NCBI GenBank assembly: GCA_964016885.1
Contig: OZ024742.1
Coordinates: forward strand, 241,738,001-241,802,000
Reading direction: 5' to 3'
Source of the DNA: Eledone cirrhosa
Taxonomy: Eukaryota
DNA length: 64,000 bases
Under the pieces are notes generated by a model. That model was given only the letters and a program-made list of their open reading frames with translations. It was not told where the DNA came from and did no database searches. This document shows positions 29,058 through 46,014 of the stretch, one piece after another. Positions within the stretch are counted from its first letter, which is position 1. Each line of letters starts with the position of its first letter. A program made the translations under genes and the position numbers.

Positions 29058-29693
29058 ATGGTCTCTATGGATATTAAGCACGAAATCGTAGAAAAACATG
29101 AGCGTGGTGTGCGTGTTATTGACTTGGCAAAGGAGTACGATCGTAGTACTTCTACAATATGTACTATATGTACTAAGCTGTGGCCCGAGGTTGTGTCCGA
29201 AAGAGACTTCGAAGGATTCGAACCCGAACCCGAAGACTTAGTGGAGGAGGAGATCGTGTCCATCGGAAAATCCATGGGCCTGGAAGTGGATGAAGGAGAC
29301 GTCAACGACCTCGTCGAAGAGCACAATGAGGAATTGACAACGGAGGAATTAAAGGAGCTACAGGACCAGCAGCATACAGAGATTTGGCAGGAAATATATG
29401 AGGGGCCAGATTGAGAGGAGGTAGTAATCCCTTCAATTGAAATTAACGAAATGTTGGGAATTTGGGAGAAACGTAATAATTTTATTGACAAAAATCATCG
29501 AGAAAAAGTTGGAACAAGTCGTGCGTCGGCACTGTTTAACGTCACTTGCCTCACTCATTTCAGAAATATTTTAAAAGGGAAGAAGAAACAAACCTCCTTG
29601 GACAGGTTTTTATTGAAACGCCCTCAAAGCGAAATCGAGGAAAGTGTGGCCAAAAAGCCAAAAGTCAGTGAAGATGATGATGACAGTAACTGA
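29058..29693 (+). pseudogene. Tigger transposase remnant lacking the DDD domain
   Basis: ORFs 29058-29414 and 29451-29693 (ending KKQTSLDRF) are separated by an in-frame stop. Confidence 0.85.
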
Positions 29694-29999
29694 AGTACTG
29701 TACGGTACGAAAAGAAAAAAAAAAGTAAAAAAAAAATAGCAATTAAGTTTAGCGATTAAGTGTAGCATAGTGTGTAAGTTAAATTTAACAATAAAAAATA
29801 GCATTAACTGCGTAGTGAGTAAGTCAAGTTAAGAGATAGAGCGCAAAACGAAAAACATTTACAGCCTCCCCCGTCATTCTCCTCCACCTCTGCCAGTCTC
29901 CTCCACCACCGCCAGCTTTTTCGTCTCATCTTGAAGGTAAATACACTTAATAAATCCAGTTTATTTCTTTACATTCTCTTTTATTATTTCATTATACAT

Positions 30000-30184
30000 G
30001 GTGGTGGATTGGCAGTATTGGTAGAGGGTCGGATGCCATGCTTTGACGCATAGAGTTACAGCCCTTGCCATTCTGAGTTCAAATCCCGCCGAGGTTAACT
30101 TTGCCTTTCATCCTTACGGGGTCGATAAAATAAAGTACCAGTAATACACTGGTAATTGCTGGCCTTGTGCCTAACGTAGAAACA
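30000..30184 (+). mobile_element. tRNA-derived SINE nested in the Tigger
   Basis: 17-bp TSD attatttcattatacat (29983-29999 and 30185-30201). Confidence 0.9.
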
Positions 30185-30671
30185 ATTATTTCATTATACA
30201 TTATTTGTTATTTATAAAGTATATTTTGCTGATTAAAAACACGTAACATAAATAAATTGGTGTGGTTTTTGGGGGTCAGAACGGATTAATAGCATTTCAG
30301 TTAATTTCAATGGGGAAAATTGATTTGAAATACGAGTAAATTGAGTTACGAGCTCGGTCACGGAACGAATTAAACTTGTATCTCAAGGTACCACTGTATA
30401 TATATTTATATATATATATATATATATATACATACGTCGGGGGTCATACATTTTCCTATATATATATACATATATATATATATAGGAAAATGTATGACCC
30501 TCGACGACAGAGCTCAAGCCGTTGGGGTCATACATTTTCCTATTACCCACTCTACTACCCTAAGTATTGAGTACTCTGGTGCGTTATGGTGCATCTGGTT
30601 ACTTACCACACCTCCTTCGTTATATATATATATATATACATATATATACCCCATTCTCAAGCGTGAAACTA

Positions 30672-30880
30672 ATAATGGTTTCTTATATAGGCACAGGGCC
30701 AGCAATTTTGTGGGGAGGGGACAGTCGATAAAACGACCCCAGTACATTACTGGTGCTTTATTTTATCGAGGCCGTAAGGCAAAGTTAACCTCGGCGGGAT
30801 TTGAACTCAGACTGTAAAGGGTCGTAAATATGCTAGAAAGCATGGCGTCCAACCCTCTACCAATACTGCCAATTAACCGC
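30672..30880 (-). mobile_element. tRNA-derived SINE
   Basis: Same family, small internal deletion. Confidence 0.85.
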
Positions 30881-31516
30881 TAAGAAAATAATATTAGTTG
30901 TCATATCTATATTGGATTGTTCCTAAGTGTAGGTGTGAACTGTATAGGTATGATATCTAATACAGTACAGTTAAGTGCAGAGCTCAGAATGGCGCGTTAT
31001 TGAATCTTAAAATAACGCAGTTTTATACAAAATAGTATAATTAAATTAAATATAGAATAGATATCTAAGATCAATAAATAAATCACTAGTTTAGCAAAAC
31101 TGCGTAAATAAATAAAGCTATGAAGAGGGTCGTGTGATTTGGCCTGGGTGAGTGGGGACGGTTTTATGGATAATACATGTTTAGTGATATTCTTAGTATG
31201 GTCAGTTGAAGAGGTGTCAAAGCCAGGTACGTCAGCTTAGCAATCTGTAATTCGTAGTAAATTTATTTGGGAGAATAGGTCGCGCCACTGGGAGCAATGA
31301 TGGCTCGTTTTAGGGTTAGACTATGACGCAAAATACAGTGGCACCATCTCTGGTAGGTAGTAATATTAATGATATATGTGTTTATTGCACGTCTATATGT
31401 GTATTTGTGTAAGTCTATAAATTCATCGAAAGTATATGTGTATATGCGTTTGCATTCATTCGAAGCGGCAAACTGTGTCTTTATATATATATATATATAT
31501 ACACAGAGAGGGATAG

Positions 31517-31626
<110 letters not shown>

Positions 31627-31709
31627 TGATGTTTGCTAATAAAAAAAAACATGCACAAATGATTTTTAACTTTTTCACTTTGTCTTTATTACTAGTTATT
31701 GGTTAGCTC

Positions 31710-31990
31710 GTCAAAGTTCTTTCATCGCACATTCTGTGACTTCCTCAATGACTAACTGTTCTTTTGTGTGCCTCCTTTGAGAAAAAGACAAGATGGAGTA
31801 ACACATTAAGTAAAGAGAGAAGAAAAGGCACAAATGAAAACATAGTCATTGAGTAGATCACAGAATGTGTGACGAAAGAACTTTGACGTTAGTATTAACG
31901 ATAATATGAAAAAGTGAAAATTATATGGTTCGAGTGTATTTTTTATTGGCAAAATTGGCAGCATCACGATAACCCCAATAATACAATTCG
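31710..31990. mobile_element. Inverted pair of decayed PLE pLTR/HHR copies (family of 53640)
   Basis: gtca..tcac agaatgt gtgac GAAAGAACTT tgac at 31845-31887 (+) and 31710-31752 (-); cores mutated. Confidence 0.6.
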
Positions 31991-32176
31991 GTTTCCACAC
32001 ACGATTTCACATCAGGAATCATGCAAAACAAATACTTAAACGTATGTATGTATTTATGTATGTATATATATATATATGTATAAATATATATATATATCTG
32101 GCCTTGATAAATATGGTGGGTCTATCAACTCATTATTATATCTATATATGTATATATATATATATATCTATATCTA

Positions 32177-32231
<55 letters not shown>

Positions 32232-32429
32232 CTGTACGTGCGTATATGTGAGTGTATGTGCCTGTGTCTGTGTGAGTAATGTGTGTATATCTATATAACT
32301 ATTACATTTTGGAGTGTGAGGTGTAGTTGTGCTATTTTAAACTGAAGGCGGGGAAATGGTAGTGGAGCGGAGAACGCAAGGTAAACAAGACAGACGAAGT
32401 CTCTCAAATCTCGACACGCCGCCTATCAC

Positions 32430-33570
32430 TAACTACCACCACCACATCCACTAGCACCTCCATCCACCAGCACCACCTTCACAAACATCACCACTACCAC
32501 CACCGTCAGCAGCACCATCACAAATACCAGCACAACTACCACCACCGCCTCCACCATCATCACAAACACCACCACTGCCACCACTGTCTCCAACACCACT
32601 ACCACCAGCGCCTCCACCACCACCACAAATACCACCACAACTACCACCACCGCCTCCACCATCATCACAAACACCACCACTGCCACCACTGTCTCCAACA
32701 CCACTACCACCAGCGCCTCCACCACCACCACAAATACCACCACAACTACCACCACCGCCTCCACCATCATCACAAACACCACCACTGCCACCACTGTCTC
32801 CAACACCACTACCACCAGCGCCTCCACCACCACCACAAATACCACCACAACTACCACCACCGCCTCCACCATCATCACAAACACCACCACTGCCACCACT
32901 GTCTCCAACACCACTACCACCAGCGCCTCCAATACCATCACAAATACCACCACAACTACCACCACCGCCTCCATCACCATCACAAATACCACCACAAATA
33001 CCACCACTGTCTCCATCACCACCAACACCGCCACCAACACCGCCACCAACACCAACACCACCACCACCACCAACACCAACACCAACACCACCACCACCCT
33101 CACCACCACTACCACCACTGTCTCCACCACCAACACCGCCACCAACACCAACACCGCCACGAACACCAACACCACCACCACCTCCACCACCACCCTCACC
33201 ACCACTACCGCCACTGTCTCCACCACCACCACATCCACCAACACCGCCACCAACACCACCACCAACACCAACACCACCACCAGCACCCTCACCACCACTA
33301 CCGCCACTGTCTCCACCACCACCACATCCACCAACACCGCCACCAACACCACCACCAACACCAACACCACCACCACCACCCTCACCACCACTACCGCCAC
33401 TGTCTCCACCACCACCACATCCACCAACACCGCCACCAACACCACCACCAACACCAACACCACCACCAGCACCCCACCACCACTACCGCCACTGTCTCCA
33501 CCACCACCACCACATCCACCAACACAAACACCACCACCACCACCACCACCACCACCACTACCGCCACGAT
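32430..33570. repeat. ACC-rich minisatellite (about 4 x 105 bp plus about 3 x 90 bp units)
   Basis: Unit starts at ~32531, 32636, 32741 and 32846; 35-aa and 30-aa periodicity visible in the 508-aa minus ORF. Confidence 0.85.
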
Positions 33571-33834
33571 CACCAAAGCAGCTGCTGCTTCCACTGCAAC
33601 AGTAGACGCAGTCACACGTTTCGATGATGGCGACGGTAGAGGTGTGAAACATTAGTGCGGCGGCTGTGGCGGCGGCTGTGGCGGCGGCTGTGGGCGGCGG
33701 CGGCGGCGATAACGATGGAGGAGGCGGAAGAAGAGCGCGGAGGCGCTTATTAATAAAAAACAACAACAAAACAACATAAGAAACGAAGCAAAGTTTTGTA
33801 GTAGCAAACGGATAGCTGTAGAACGATTGAGGCA

Positions 33835-33957
<123 letters not shown>

Positions 33958-34047
33958 ATTAGCCGGAGTATCGCTAAAAGCTTTCTCCGATAATGTATTT
34001 AATTATATATATGTATATATATATATTGTTATACTTTGGGAGGGTCA

Positions 34048-34098
<51 letters not shown>

Positions 34099-34114
34099 AT
34101 ACTTTGGGAGGGTC

Positions 34115-34163
<49 letters not shown>

Positions 34164-34284
34164 ACGATTGAGGCAGATACACACACACACACACACACTC
34201 ATATATATATATATATTATATATATAGTAATATATATATATATATTAATATATATATTGTTATACTTTGGGAGTGTCATGTGTA

Positions 34285-34315
<31 letters not shown>

Positions 34316-34339
34316 TTTCATTTATATATATATATATAT

Positions 34340-34511
34340 GTCTCTCCACCACTCCCCTACACACCCTTTGAACTCTCTTCCCACACACTCTTCATCTGAA
34401 GAAGGTCTTATGCCCGAAACGTCGTTCCCCACCACCACCCCACTCTCAAGAGCGTGAAATTAATAAACATTTGTTGTACTGCCTCTCTGTTTTGTTCCCG
34501 TTCAATTTTTC

Positions 34512-34513
<2 letters not shown>
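34340..34513 (+). mobile_element. PLE pLTR fragment with degenerate minimal HHR (34396-34423)
   Basis: CTGAAGA-a-ggtc ttat gccc-GAAAC-GTC. The relative at 43514-43541 reads tCGATGA-a-gggc ttat gccc-GAAACGTC. Tail also at 27557, 30650 and 50486. Confidence 0.6.
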
Positions 34514-34578
<65 letters not shown>

Positions 34579-34609
34579 ATCAAAAGATGGTTAAAAGAGT
34601 TCCATGTAT

Positions 34610-34674
34610 TTTATTATGCTCATTTCAAAAACAAATATCATCATGGGATGATATTTGCGTTCTCATCAGATAAA
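34610..34674 (-). ncRNA. Type I hammerhead ribozyme (family A)
   Basis: tttat-CTGATGA-gaacg caaatatcatc ccat gatgatatttg ttttt-GAAA-T-GAGC-ATA-ataaa. A 3' half-copy with TGCGCA lies at ~28007. Confidence 0.8.
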
Positions 34675-34834
34675 GTAGGGAGACATGATATGAAGCATAA
34701 AAAACACTTGGGAGCAGTGAAGTGTTAAATCAATTTAGTTGGCCTTGTGTCAAAAGTAGAAACAATTATTTATATATATATATATAATTTTATATATGAA
34801 TATATATATATATACACACACACACGCACACACG

Positions 34835-34912
<78 letters not shown>

Positions 34913-35011
34913 TTATGATTAATATATATATATATATATATTAATCATAAAGAGCTCAGCCGTCGGGATCCTGAATCTTTTCTTATATATATCTATATGT
35001 ATGTATATATG

Positions 35012-35044
<33 letters not shown>

Positions 35045-35071
35045 GAATCTTTTCTTATATATATCTATATG

Positions 35072-35128
<57 letters not shown>

Positions 35129-35409
35129 GCATACATATATACATACATATAGATATATATAAAAAAAGATTCAGCATCCCGTCGGCTGAGCTCCGGCCGT
35201 TTCGACAGCTAGATCCGAACTAAGCTACATCATTTTTATATATATTCTGAGTTCAAATCCGCTGAAGTTAAGTTTGCCCTTCATACTTATGGGGCCGATA
35301 AAATAAAGTACCAGTAATGTACTGAGTAATTGCTGGCCTTGTGTCAAAAATAAAAACAATTGTTTATATATATATATATAATTTTATATATGAATATATA
35401 TATATATAA

Positions 35410-35492
<83 letters not shown>

Positions 35493-35520
35493 CACACACA
35501 CACACATATATATATCTATA

Positions 35521-35566
<46 letters not shown>

Positions 35567-36059
35567 GGGATAGTGAAAGAGGATAGTGAAAGAGGATGAG
35601 TAGAATATGATATGTAAGAAGTATATATGAAGGCGCGTGTGATTGCACATGCGTGTGTGCACGCATTTGAGTGTGTATGTTTGCATGTGCGCTCGTGTGT
35701 GTGTCTCTGTGTGTATATGTGTGCGTGTTTGGAGGCGGAGCTGGTAGTAAAGGGGTGTTGAGTACTGTCTTTTGTCGTCTGAATACTTTCTCCACACTAC
35801 ACGTAAAGCAGATAATTGAGCTTTTCACTCTTTATGATTAATATTTATGTTCGATTGAAGAGACCTTACCGTTCTTCAAATTGCTGGCCTTGTGCCAAAA
35901 ACTAGAAACAATTATCCTTATTATTATTATTTTGTAGCTGTTGTTGTTGTTGTTACTCATTATTTTACAACCCCGAACATCATTTATTTACTTCAGAACT
36001 TAACTTATCCCACCCATTCCATATTTCTCCTCCCATTCCAACACACACCACGAACCCTC

Positions 36060-36847
36060 ATCCACAACCTGCTCCAACTACTGCCACTATCCCTACAACA
36101 ACCTTGAACATCAATAACAACGCTAAACCACCTCCAACGCCGCCACCTACACCGCCTACACCACCACCACCACCACCACCACCACCACCGCCGCCATCAC
36201 TACCATCACTACCACTACTATTGATACCACCACCACGACAACTGCTAAAATCATCACAAACTCCACTGCAACCGGTGAATTCGTCGTCGCCGTCTCCGTT
36301 GTCACTGACATCGCTGCCAGCACCACCACCACCACCACCACCACCACCACCACCATAAATATCACAACCGCTACCACCACCACCACCACCACCACCACAA
36401 ACATCGCAACCGCTAACACCATCACAAACAGCACTGCAACCGGTGTCCCCCACCGCCCCGACCGTCGCCACCTACACCACTATTACCATCGTCACTACCC
36501 CCCCCCCCCCCCACACCCACACACCCACACCCACACACATCCATAATCAAAACAACCAACTACTACCATTACCACTACCACCACTATCACTACCACCACC
36601 ACAAACAGCACTGCAACCGGTGTCGCCCCCCATCCCCTCTCCCCCCGTCGCCGCCTACACCACTATTACCATCCACTTACCACTACCACCGCCATCACAA
36701 ACAGCACTGCAACCGGTGTCCCCGCCACCACCTACACCACTATTACCATCGTCCCCCCCCCCTCCATCCATAAACAAAACAACCCACTACTACCATTACC
36801 ACTTACCACCACTACCACCACAACGACCACACCGCCACCACCACTAA
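36060..36847. repeat. ACC/CCA-rich low-complexity repeat
   Basis: Recurrent cacaaacagcactgcaaccggtgtc units among (ACC)n. Confidence 0.8.
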
Positions 36848-37163
36848 CTAACATTTCATCCAACTCCGCCTGCCCTGTCTGTGTTCTCCACCTCTCCCTG
36901 CAACACACCGTCGGCCCCTCAGCTCGTCGCCTCTCATGAGGATCTCACGTCCAGTCAGTTGATATTGGACAAACAAACGAACGAACGAGAGTTACGAGAG
37001 CGAACGAAAGAACAGATGAAGAAATAAGAGGACGAATATCAAAGTACTGGGCATCGATTCTGAACGACGGAGGTACTGTTTTCTGATGTCACAACCCGTA
37101 TTCTATTTTTTTTTACTCCATTTAATACACATGGCGTTTCCTTGGATTGTTTTTGTTATCTCT

Positions 37164-37166
<3 letters not shown>

Positions 37167-37195
<29 letters not shown>

Positions 37196-37564
37196 TGTAT
37201 GTATGTATGTATGTATGTTTGTATGTATGTATGTATGTTTGTATGTATGTATGTATGTTTGTATGTATGTATGTATGTATGTTTGTATGTATGTATGTAT
37301 GTATGTATGTATGTTTGTATGTATGTATGTATGTATGTGTGTATGTATGTATGTATGTATATGTATGTATGCGTATCTACGCATGTATGTCTGAATGTTT
37401 GTACCTATGTATGTATGTATATATGTATATATGTATGTATGTATGTAGGTTTGTTTGTTTGTATGTATGTATGTATGTAAGTATATATGTATGTATGTAT
37501 ATATGTTTGTATGTAGGTTTGTACGATGTATGAACGCATGTATGTATGAATGTTTGTACCAATG

Positions 37565-37598
<34 letters not shown>

Positions 37599-37860
37599 TG
37601 TATGTATGTATGTATGTATGTATGTATGTATGCATGTATGTATGTATGTATGCATGTATGTATGAATGTATGTATGTATGTATGTATGTATGTATGTATA
37701 TATGTATGTATGTAGGTTTGTATGCATGTAGTATAAATGTTTTTACCTATGTATGTATAAATGTATGTATGTATGTATTTATGTTTGTGCATATATATTT
37801 ATGTGCGTTAATATGTATGTTTGTATGTACTTCTGTATATACGTAAGTTGTATATATATG
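37167..37860. repeat. (TATG)n microsatellite
   Basis: Direct reading. Confidence 0.95.
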
Positions 37861-38470
37861 TATGATTATATTTAGGAATGTATGCATATATGCGGTGTTT
37901 ATTGTTGTTGTTGTTCTTCTTCTTTTCATCTTCTTCTTATTAATTTTATTATATTTCTCATTATTATTATCTGAAGCTCATTGTAATCTAACTCCGAGTT
38001 TCACATTTACGATTGTTCAAACACATTTCTTGAAAAATATTAAACGTCAAACGCAGGCGATCTTTCATCTATGTATTCATTGAGTCTGTAATGAATAATT
38101 TTTACCCGTTTGTAAACACATACCAAAACTCATATATAAATATATACACGTATATATACATACACACATACCTATATATGCACACACACACATATATATA
38201 GTATATATAGTACAGATATCAACTCATATATATATACACACACAAATATATATATATATATACAATCCGATAAGTTTTCCTCTTTGTTTTGTCTACATTT
38301 CCGAGAAGTTTACGTTTGGTGAAATTATTGCAGTTCTTCATATTTATGTTTTGTTTATATTAACAATAACGATTATATTAGATGTTATTAGAATTTTTAT
38401 TTTTAGTAGTAAAATACTTTTAGAGATTCATAACTTGAATAGATACACATGTATACGTGTATGCCTATAC

Positions 38471-38591
<121 letters not shown>

Positions 38592-38693
38592 TGTATGTGT
38601 AAGAAAAAGGGGACAGCGTAACAATCCATTGCTAACACACATACATATTTTGTGATGATCACAAACACACACGTATATATTCCTGTATATATT

Positions 38694-38790
<97 letters not shown>

Positions 38791-39393
38791 GTATATATAT
38801 ATACAAATAAGCATACATAGATTGATAAATGATAAATAACATGCAAAATTCATCATAATTGATATACAGTATATATACACACATTTATATGTATGTATAC
38901 AAAACAAAGTTACACACAGATATGTATATATATATAAATATATGTATATATATACTTATGTAAGTATATATATATATATATATATAGTAAATATATATAT
39001 ATATATATATAGTAAATATATATATGTGTATGTGTGTGTATGTGTGAGTGTGTGTGTGTGTGTGAGTATATATATATATATATAAGCAAATATACATACA
39101 TTCTTGAATTTCGTGTGTATAGTTTCGAGTGTGTTTAAGTGAATACTGAGATATCAAAGTTTAAAGACAATGATATACATGTACGTATAGATTTATATGT
39201 ATATGAATCTATGTATGGATGTGCATGCGGGTATGTGTGTGCATAAACATACATTCACACATACACACACATATATATATAACCATATATCCATATATGT
39301 ATACACATGCATGCATGTTACCATATATTTTATATATACAAACACACACGCACACACACACATATATATATATATATATAGTTGAAATGAACG

Positions 39394-39475
<82 letters not shown>

Positions 39476-39591
39476 TATATATATGTGTGTGTGTGTGTGT
39501 GTTATTAGAATTTGGTTGCAAATGAATCCAATGCTATTATTCGACAGAAAACTCACAAATACATTTATTTATATATGTGTGTGTGTGGGGG

Positions 39592-39627
<36 letters not shown>

Positions 39628-39917
39628 CGTTTGTCTGTGTCTGCTTGTGTATGTGCTGATATATGTATACATATGTATATAGAGATATTTACATATATGT
39701 AATGTTTACGACCACAGAACAACACTCACCGTTATTATACTTTCATGTTTACATTTATTTAACTTTCTTTTTCTACAAACCTATATTGTATTAATATCTT
39801 AAGAATCGTCTAATACTTGTCAATCAAAGTTCTTGCATTCACATTGATTTTATAAGGAACAACTCATGACATGTGTATTATGTAAACTACAGCTAAAGTT
39901 TCCAGAAGTTTAAATCA

Positions 39918-41134
<1,217 letters not shown>

Positions 41135-41218
41135 GTTATTCCGGGTTGAATCGGAGGTAACCACAGTAAGTAAGGTACTCAATACATAGCAGAGTATAAA
41201 AAGTTTTAATATAGATGA

Positions 41219-41267
41219 GATTCTACAGGACTAGAACTGTTTCATTCATTAGAAATCATCAGGAATC
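41219..41267 (-). ncRNA. Type I hammerhead ribozyme (family C), left arm of palindrome
   Basis: Exact reverse complement of 41274-41322. Confidence 0.8.
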
Positions 41268-41273
41268 CCTGAT

Positions 41274-41322
41274 GATTCCTGATGATTTCTAATGAATGAA
41301 ACAGTTCTAGTCCTGTAGAATC
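41274..41322 (+). ncRNA. Type I hammerhead ribozyme (family C), right arm of palindrome
   Basis: gattc-CTGATGA-t ttc taat gaa t-GAAA-cag ttctagtc ctg-TA-gaatc. Confidence 0.8.
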
Positions 41323-41350
41323 TCATCTATATATATATATATATATATAT

Positions 41351-41800
<450 letters not shown>

Positions 41801-41896
41801 TATGTATGTATACATATGTATGTATACATATGTATGTATACATATATATGTATATATACATATAAAAGGTAAACAGAAATAACAACACACACATAC

Positions 41897-41953
<57 letters not shown>

Positions 41954-42038
41954 GTATATATATTTATATATATATATATGTATATATACTTATATGTATA
42001 TATATATATATTTATATATATATGTATATATATATATT

Positions 42039-42070
<32 letters not shown>

Positions 42071-42081
42071 CATATATATGT

Positions 42082-42128
<47 letters not shown>

Positions 42129-42156
42129 GTAAACAGAAATAACAACACACACATAC

Positions 42157-42203
<47 letters not shown>

Positions 42204-42381
42204 TCATATATGCATATATATTGTTAGCCCAGATAAGTAAAGATGTTACTCGGGGAATTAGGGACTTTATTATTCGTGCAGGAGAAAACAAGGTAACATG
42301 AAAAGGGATTTGAGTCGAAACATAACACCACTCAGAAACACCTGTAGTATATTGAACTAAAAAAACAACATATCGGTCTTT

Positions 42382-42434
<53 letters not shown>

Positions 42435-42454
42435 TATATACTATATATATATAT

Positions 42455-42528
<74 letters not shown>

Positions 42529-42540
42529 GTATATATATAC

Positions 42541-42577
<37 letters not shown>

Positions 42578-42695
42578 TATATATGTATATATATATGTAT
42601 ATATATATATACATATGTATATATATATAAATATATATATAAATAAATATTTATATAAATATATATATATAAATATATATTTATATATAGATATA

Positions 42696-42818
<123 letters not shown>

Positions 42819-43024
42819 ACATATATATATATATATAAATATATATTTATCCTTATCGACCCCTCTTTGGATTTTAGTCTTCAAATTTATTATTATTACT
42901 ATATATAAATATATATATATATACATATATATATATATGTTTATATACACGTATGTATATATATATACGTATATATGTATAGACTGGAGTCTTATTTAAA
43001 AAAAATATATATATTTATTTGGTT

Positions 43025-43061
43025 CCTTTACCGGTTTCGCATTTCTTCTGCTTTTCAAAAG
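43025..43061 (-). ncRNA. Hammerhead variant with U3-A8 core (family D)
   Basis: ctt-TTGAAAA-gca gaagaaa tgc-GAAA-CCGG-TA-aag. Confidence 0.65.
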
Positions 43062-43143
43062 TAGAGTTGAGGTGGAGGGTCTGTGGTTTTTCTCACATCA
43101 TATATATATATATATAAGGAAGGTCTGTAGTTTCTCTCACATC

Positions 43144-43221
<78 letters not shown>

Positions 43222-43624
43222 CAAGAATAGAGAAAACAGACGGATAGATGCAGAAAGAGAACAATGTTTATATATATATAGGTATATATATATATAGATA
43301 TAGCTATAAAATCTATGCAGACATACAAGCTTACATACTTACATATATACACATATAAAGATATACACACATACGCACAAACGGCGACCTTCCCAAACTA
43401 ATGTATATATATATTTAACCCTCTTTTTTTTCCTTCCCTTAACACCCTCCTTCCTTTAATGTCTTTCCACTCCCCCTCACACCCTCGGAACTCTTTTCCT
43501 TCCCACTTTTATCTCGATGAAGGGCTTATGCCCGAAACGTCGTCCCCCACCACACACTCTCAAGCGTGAACCGAATACTAACAATTTGTACTGCACTCGT
43601 TTTGTTTTTGTTTTTTGTTTTAAC

Positions 43625-43667
<43 letters not shown>

Positions 43668-43680
43668 CATATACACACAC

Positions 43681-43787
<107 letters not shown>

Positions 43788-44064
43788 CAAATATATATAT
43801 GTGTGTATGTATGTATGTATGTGTGTGTGTTTATGTATGTATATATGTATCTATTTATATGTATATATATATATATATGTATATAGATATCCCTATCTAA
43901 CTTCCTGTCTTTGAAAAAAGTTTCAAAGTTTGAAAACTAACAGCAGTGAAATTCTTGAATATTCAACCTCGATATTCGCTGTCATAAGGAATACTTATTG
44001 TTATTACTTGCACTGTGCACACACTCATACACAGATATATCTATGTATATATATATATATACAT

Positions 44065-44119
<55 letters not shown>

Positions 44120-44241
44120 GCTATCTATCTATGTATATATATGTATATATATATGTATATATCTATCTGTATATAACTATCTATCTATGTTTATGTATAT
44201 ATATATATATATATGTATATATCTATCTCTATATATGTATA

Positions 44242-44276
<35 letters not shown>

Positions 44277-44350
44277 GTATATAACTATCTATATATATAT
44301 AAATATGTATATATATATGTATGTATATGTTCGTAAAGTGCATATATATA

Positions 44351-44388
<38 letters not shown>

Positions 44389-44391
<3 letters not shown>

Positions 44392-44556
44392 TATTCTAAG
44401 GCGGGTAAAATTCCCGAGATCCATCGACGAGTTCTCTCCAGCGGTCTCTGTCCCTCATTATCGCTGCTATGTCCTGCGTCTCCAACAGACCAGTGACTGT
44501 CCTTAGGGCATCAACATACGTTAACCTTGGTCTTCCACTTCTAGTGTGTCCATGTA
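44389..44556 (-). mobile_element. RTE LINE 3' fragment
   Basis: HGHTRSGRPRLTYVDALRT...EFYPP, nearly identical to the 28128 copy. Confidence 0.85.
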
Positions 44557-44562
44557 TATATA

Positions 44563-44784
44563 TCGACAGTCGATCGACCTTCGTCAAATCGGACCGAGGA
44601 AACAATGTTTCCATTGGTCTTTCCACGTGCTAATACTATTTGTCGGTCGCAACTCCAGGTAGAAGGAGCAACGTGAAAATAAAGTGTCTTGCTCAACGAC
44701 ATAACGCATCGCCCGGTTCGGGAATCGAACTCACAACCTCACGATTGTCAATCCAGTTCTCTAACCACTCAGCCACGCGCCTCC
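44563..44784 (-). mobile_element. Second tRNA-derived SINE family
   Basis: ggaggcgcgTGGCTGAGTGGttag...GAGTTCGATTCcc head followed by a ttgagcaagacact body. Confidence 0.8.
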
Positions 44785-44828
44785 ATTGTTATTACATGCA
44801 CTGTGCACACACACATACTCAGATATAT

Positions 44829-45384
<556 letters not shown>

Positions 45385-45417
45385 GAGAAAAACCACAGAC
45401 CCTCCATCTCAACTCTA

Positions 45418-45453
45418 CTTTTGAAATGCAGAAAAACTGCGAAACCGGTAAAG
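45418..45453 (+). ncRNA. Family D hammerhead variant, A9 mutated
   Basis: ctt-TTGAAAT-gcag aaaaa ctgc-GAAA-CCGG-TA-aag. Confidence 0.55.
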
Positions 45454-45517
45454 AAACCAAATAAATATATATTTAAAAAAAAAAGACCCCAGTTACATTT
45501 TCGATTTAATCTTTTTC

Positions 45518-45593
<76 letters not shown>

Positions 45594-45834
45594 CACTTAT
45601 ATATGACATTTATATGAACAGGTTGATTTGCCTCTGCATTATTAGTGTTTTAAATGTTGTGATAGATTAAACTATTAATATAAATACACTTAACTGCCAC
45701 ATCGTCTGGTGAATGCACTTTTATGTTGTTGCATATAGACACAAACACACAATCAAACTCACACTCACTTATACATAAAACACACTCACACACGCATACA
45801 TATAAACGCACACACCCAATCCTATATAAATATG

Positions 45835-45868
<34 letters not shown>

Positions 45869-45982
45869 TATATATATATTTGTATATGCTTATATATATA
45901 AATAAATATATATCTATATCTACACATATATGTATATATAAATCTATATATATATATATAAATAAATATATATGTGTGTGTT

Positions 45983-46014
<32 letters not shown>

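Larger units (their letters stand above)
28472..30396 (+). mobile_element. Tigger/pogo-type DNA transposon, internally deleted
   Basis: TIRs cagtgataccttgagatacgagt and acttgtatctcaaggtaccactg, TA on the right flank. HTH-psq-like KHEIVEKHERGVRVIDLAKEYDRSTSTICTI is fused directly to C-terminal KLWP...VNDLVEEHNEELTTEEL. Confidence 0.9.

Noticed and set aside
28886-29491. 201-aa Ser-rich minus ORF
   Set aside because: Antisense shadow of the Tigger transposase remnant.
44700-44784. Possible tRNA gene
   Set aside because: A and B boxes are present but the acceptor and anticodon stems are incomplete and it continues into a SINE body.
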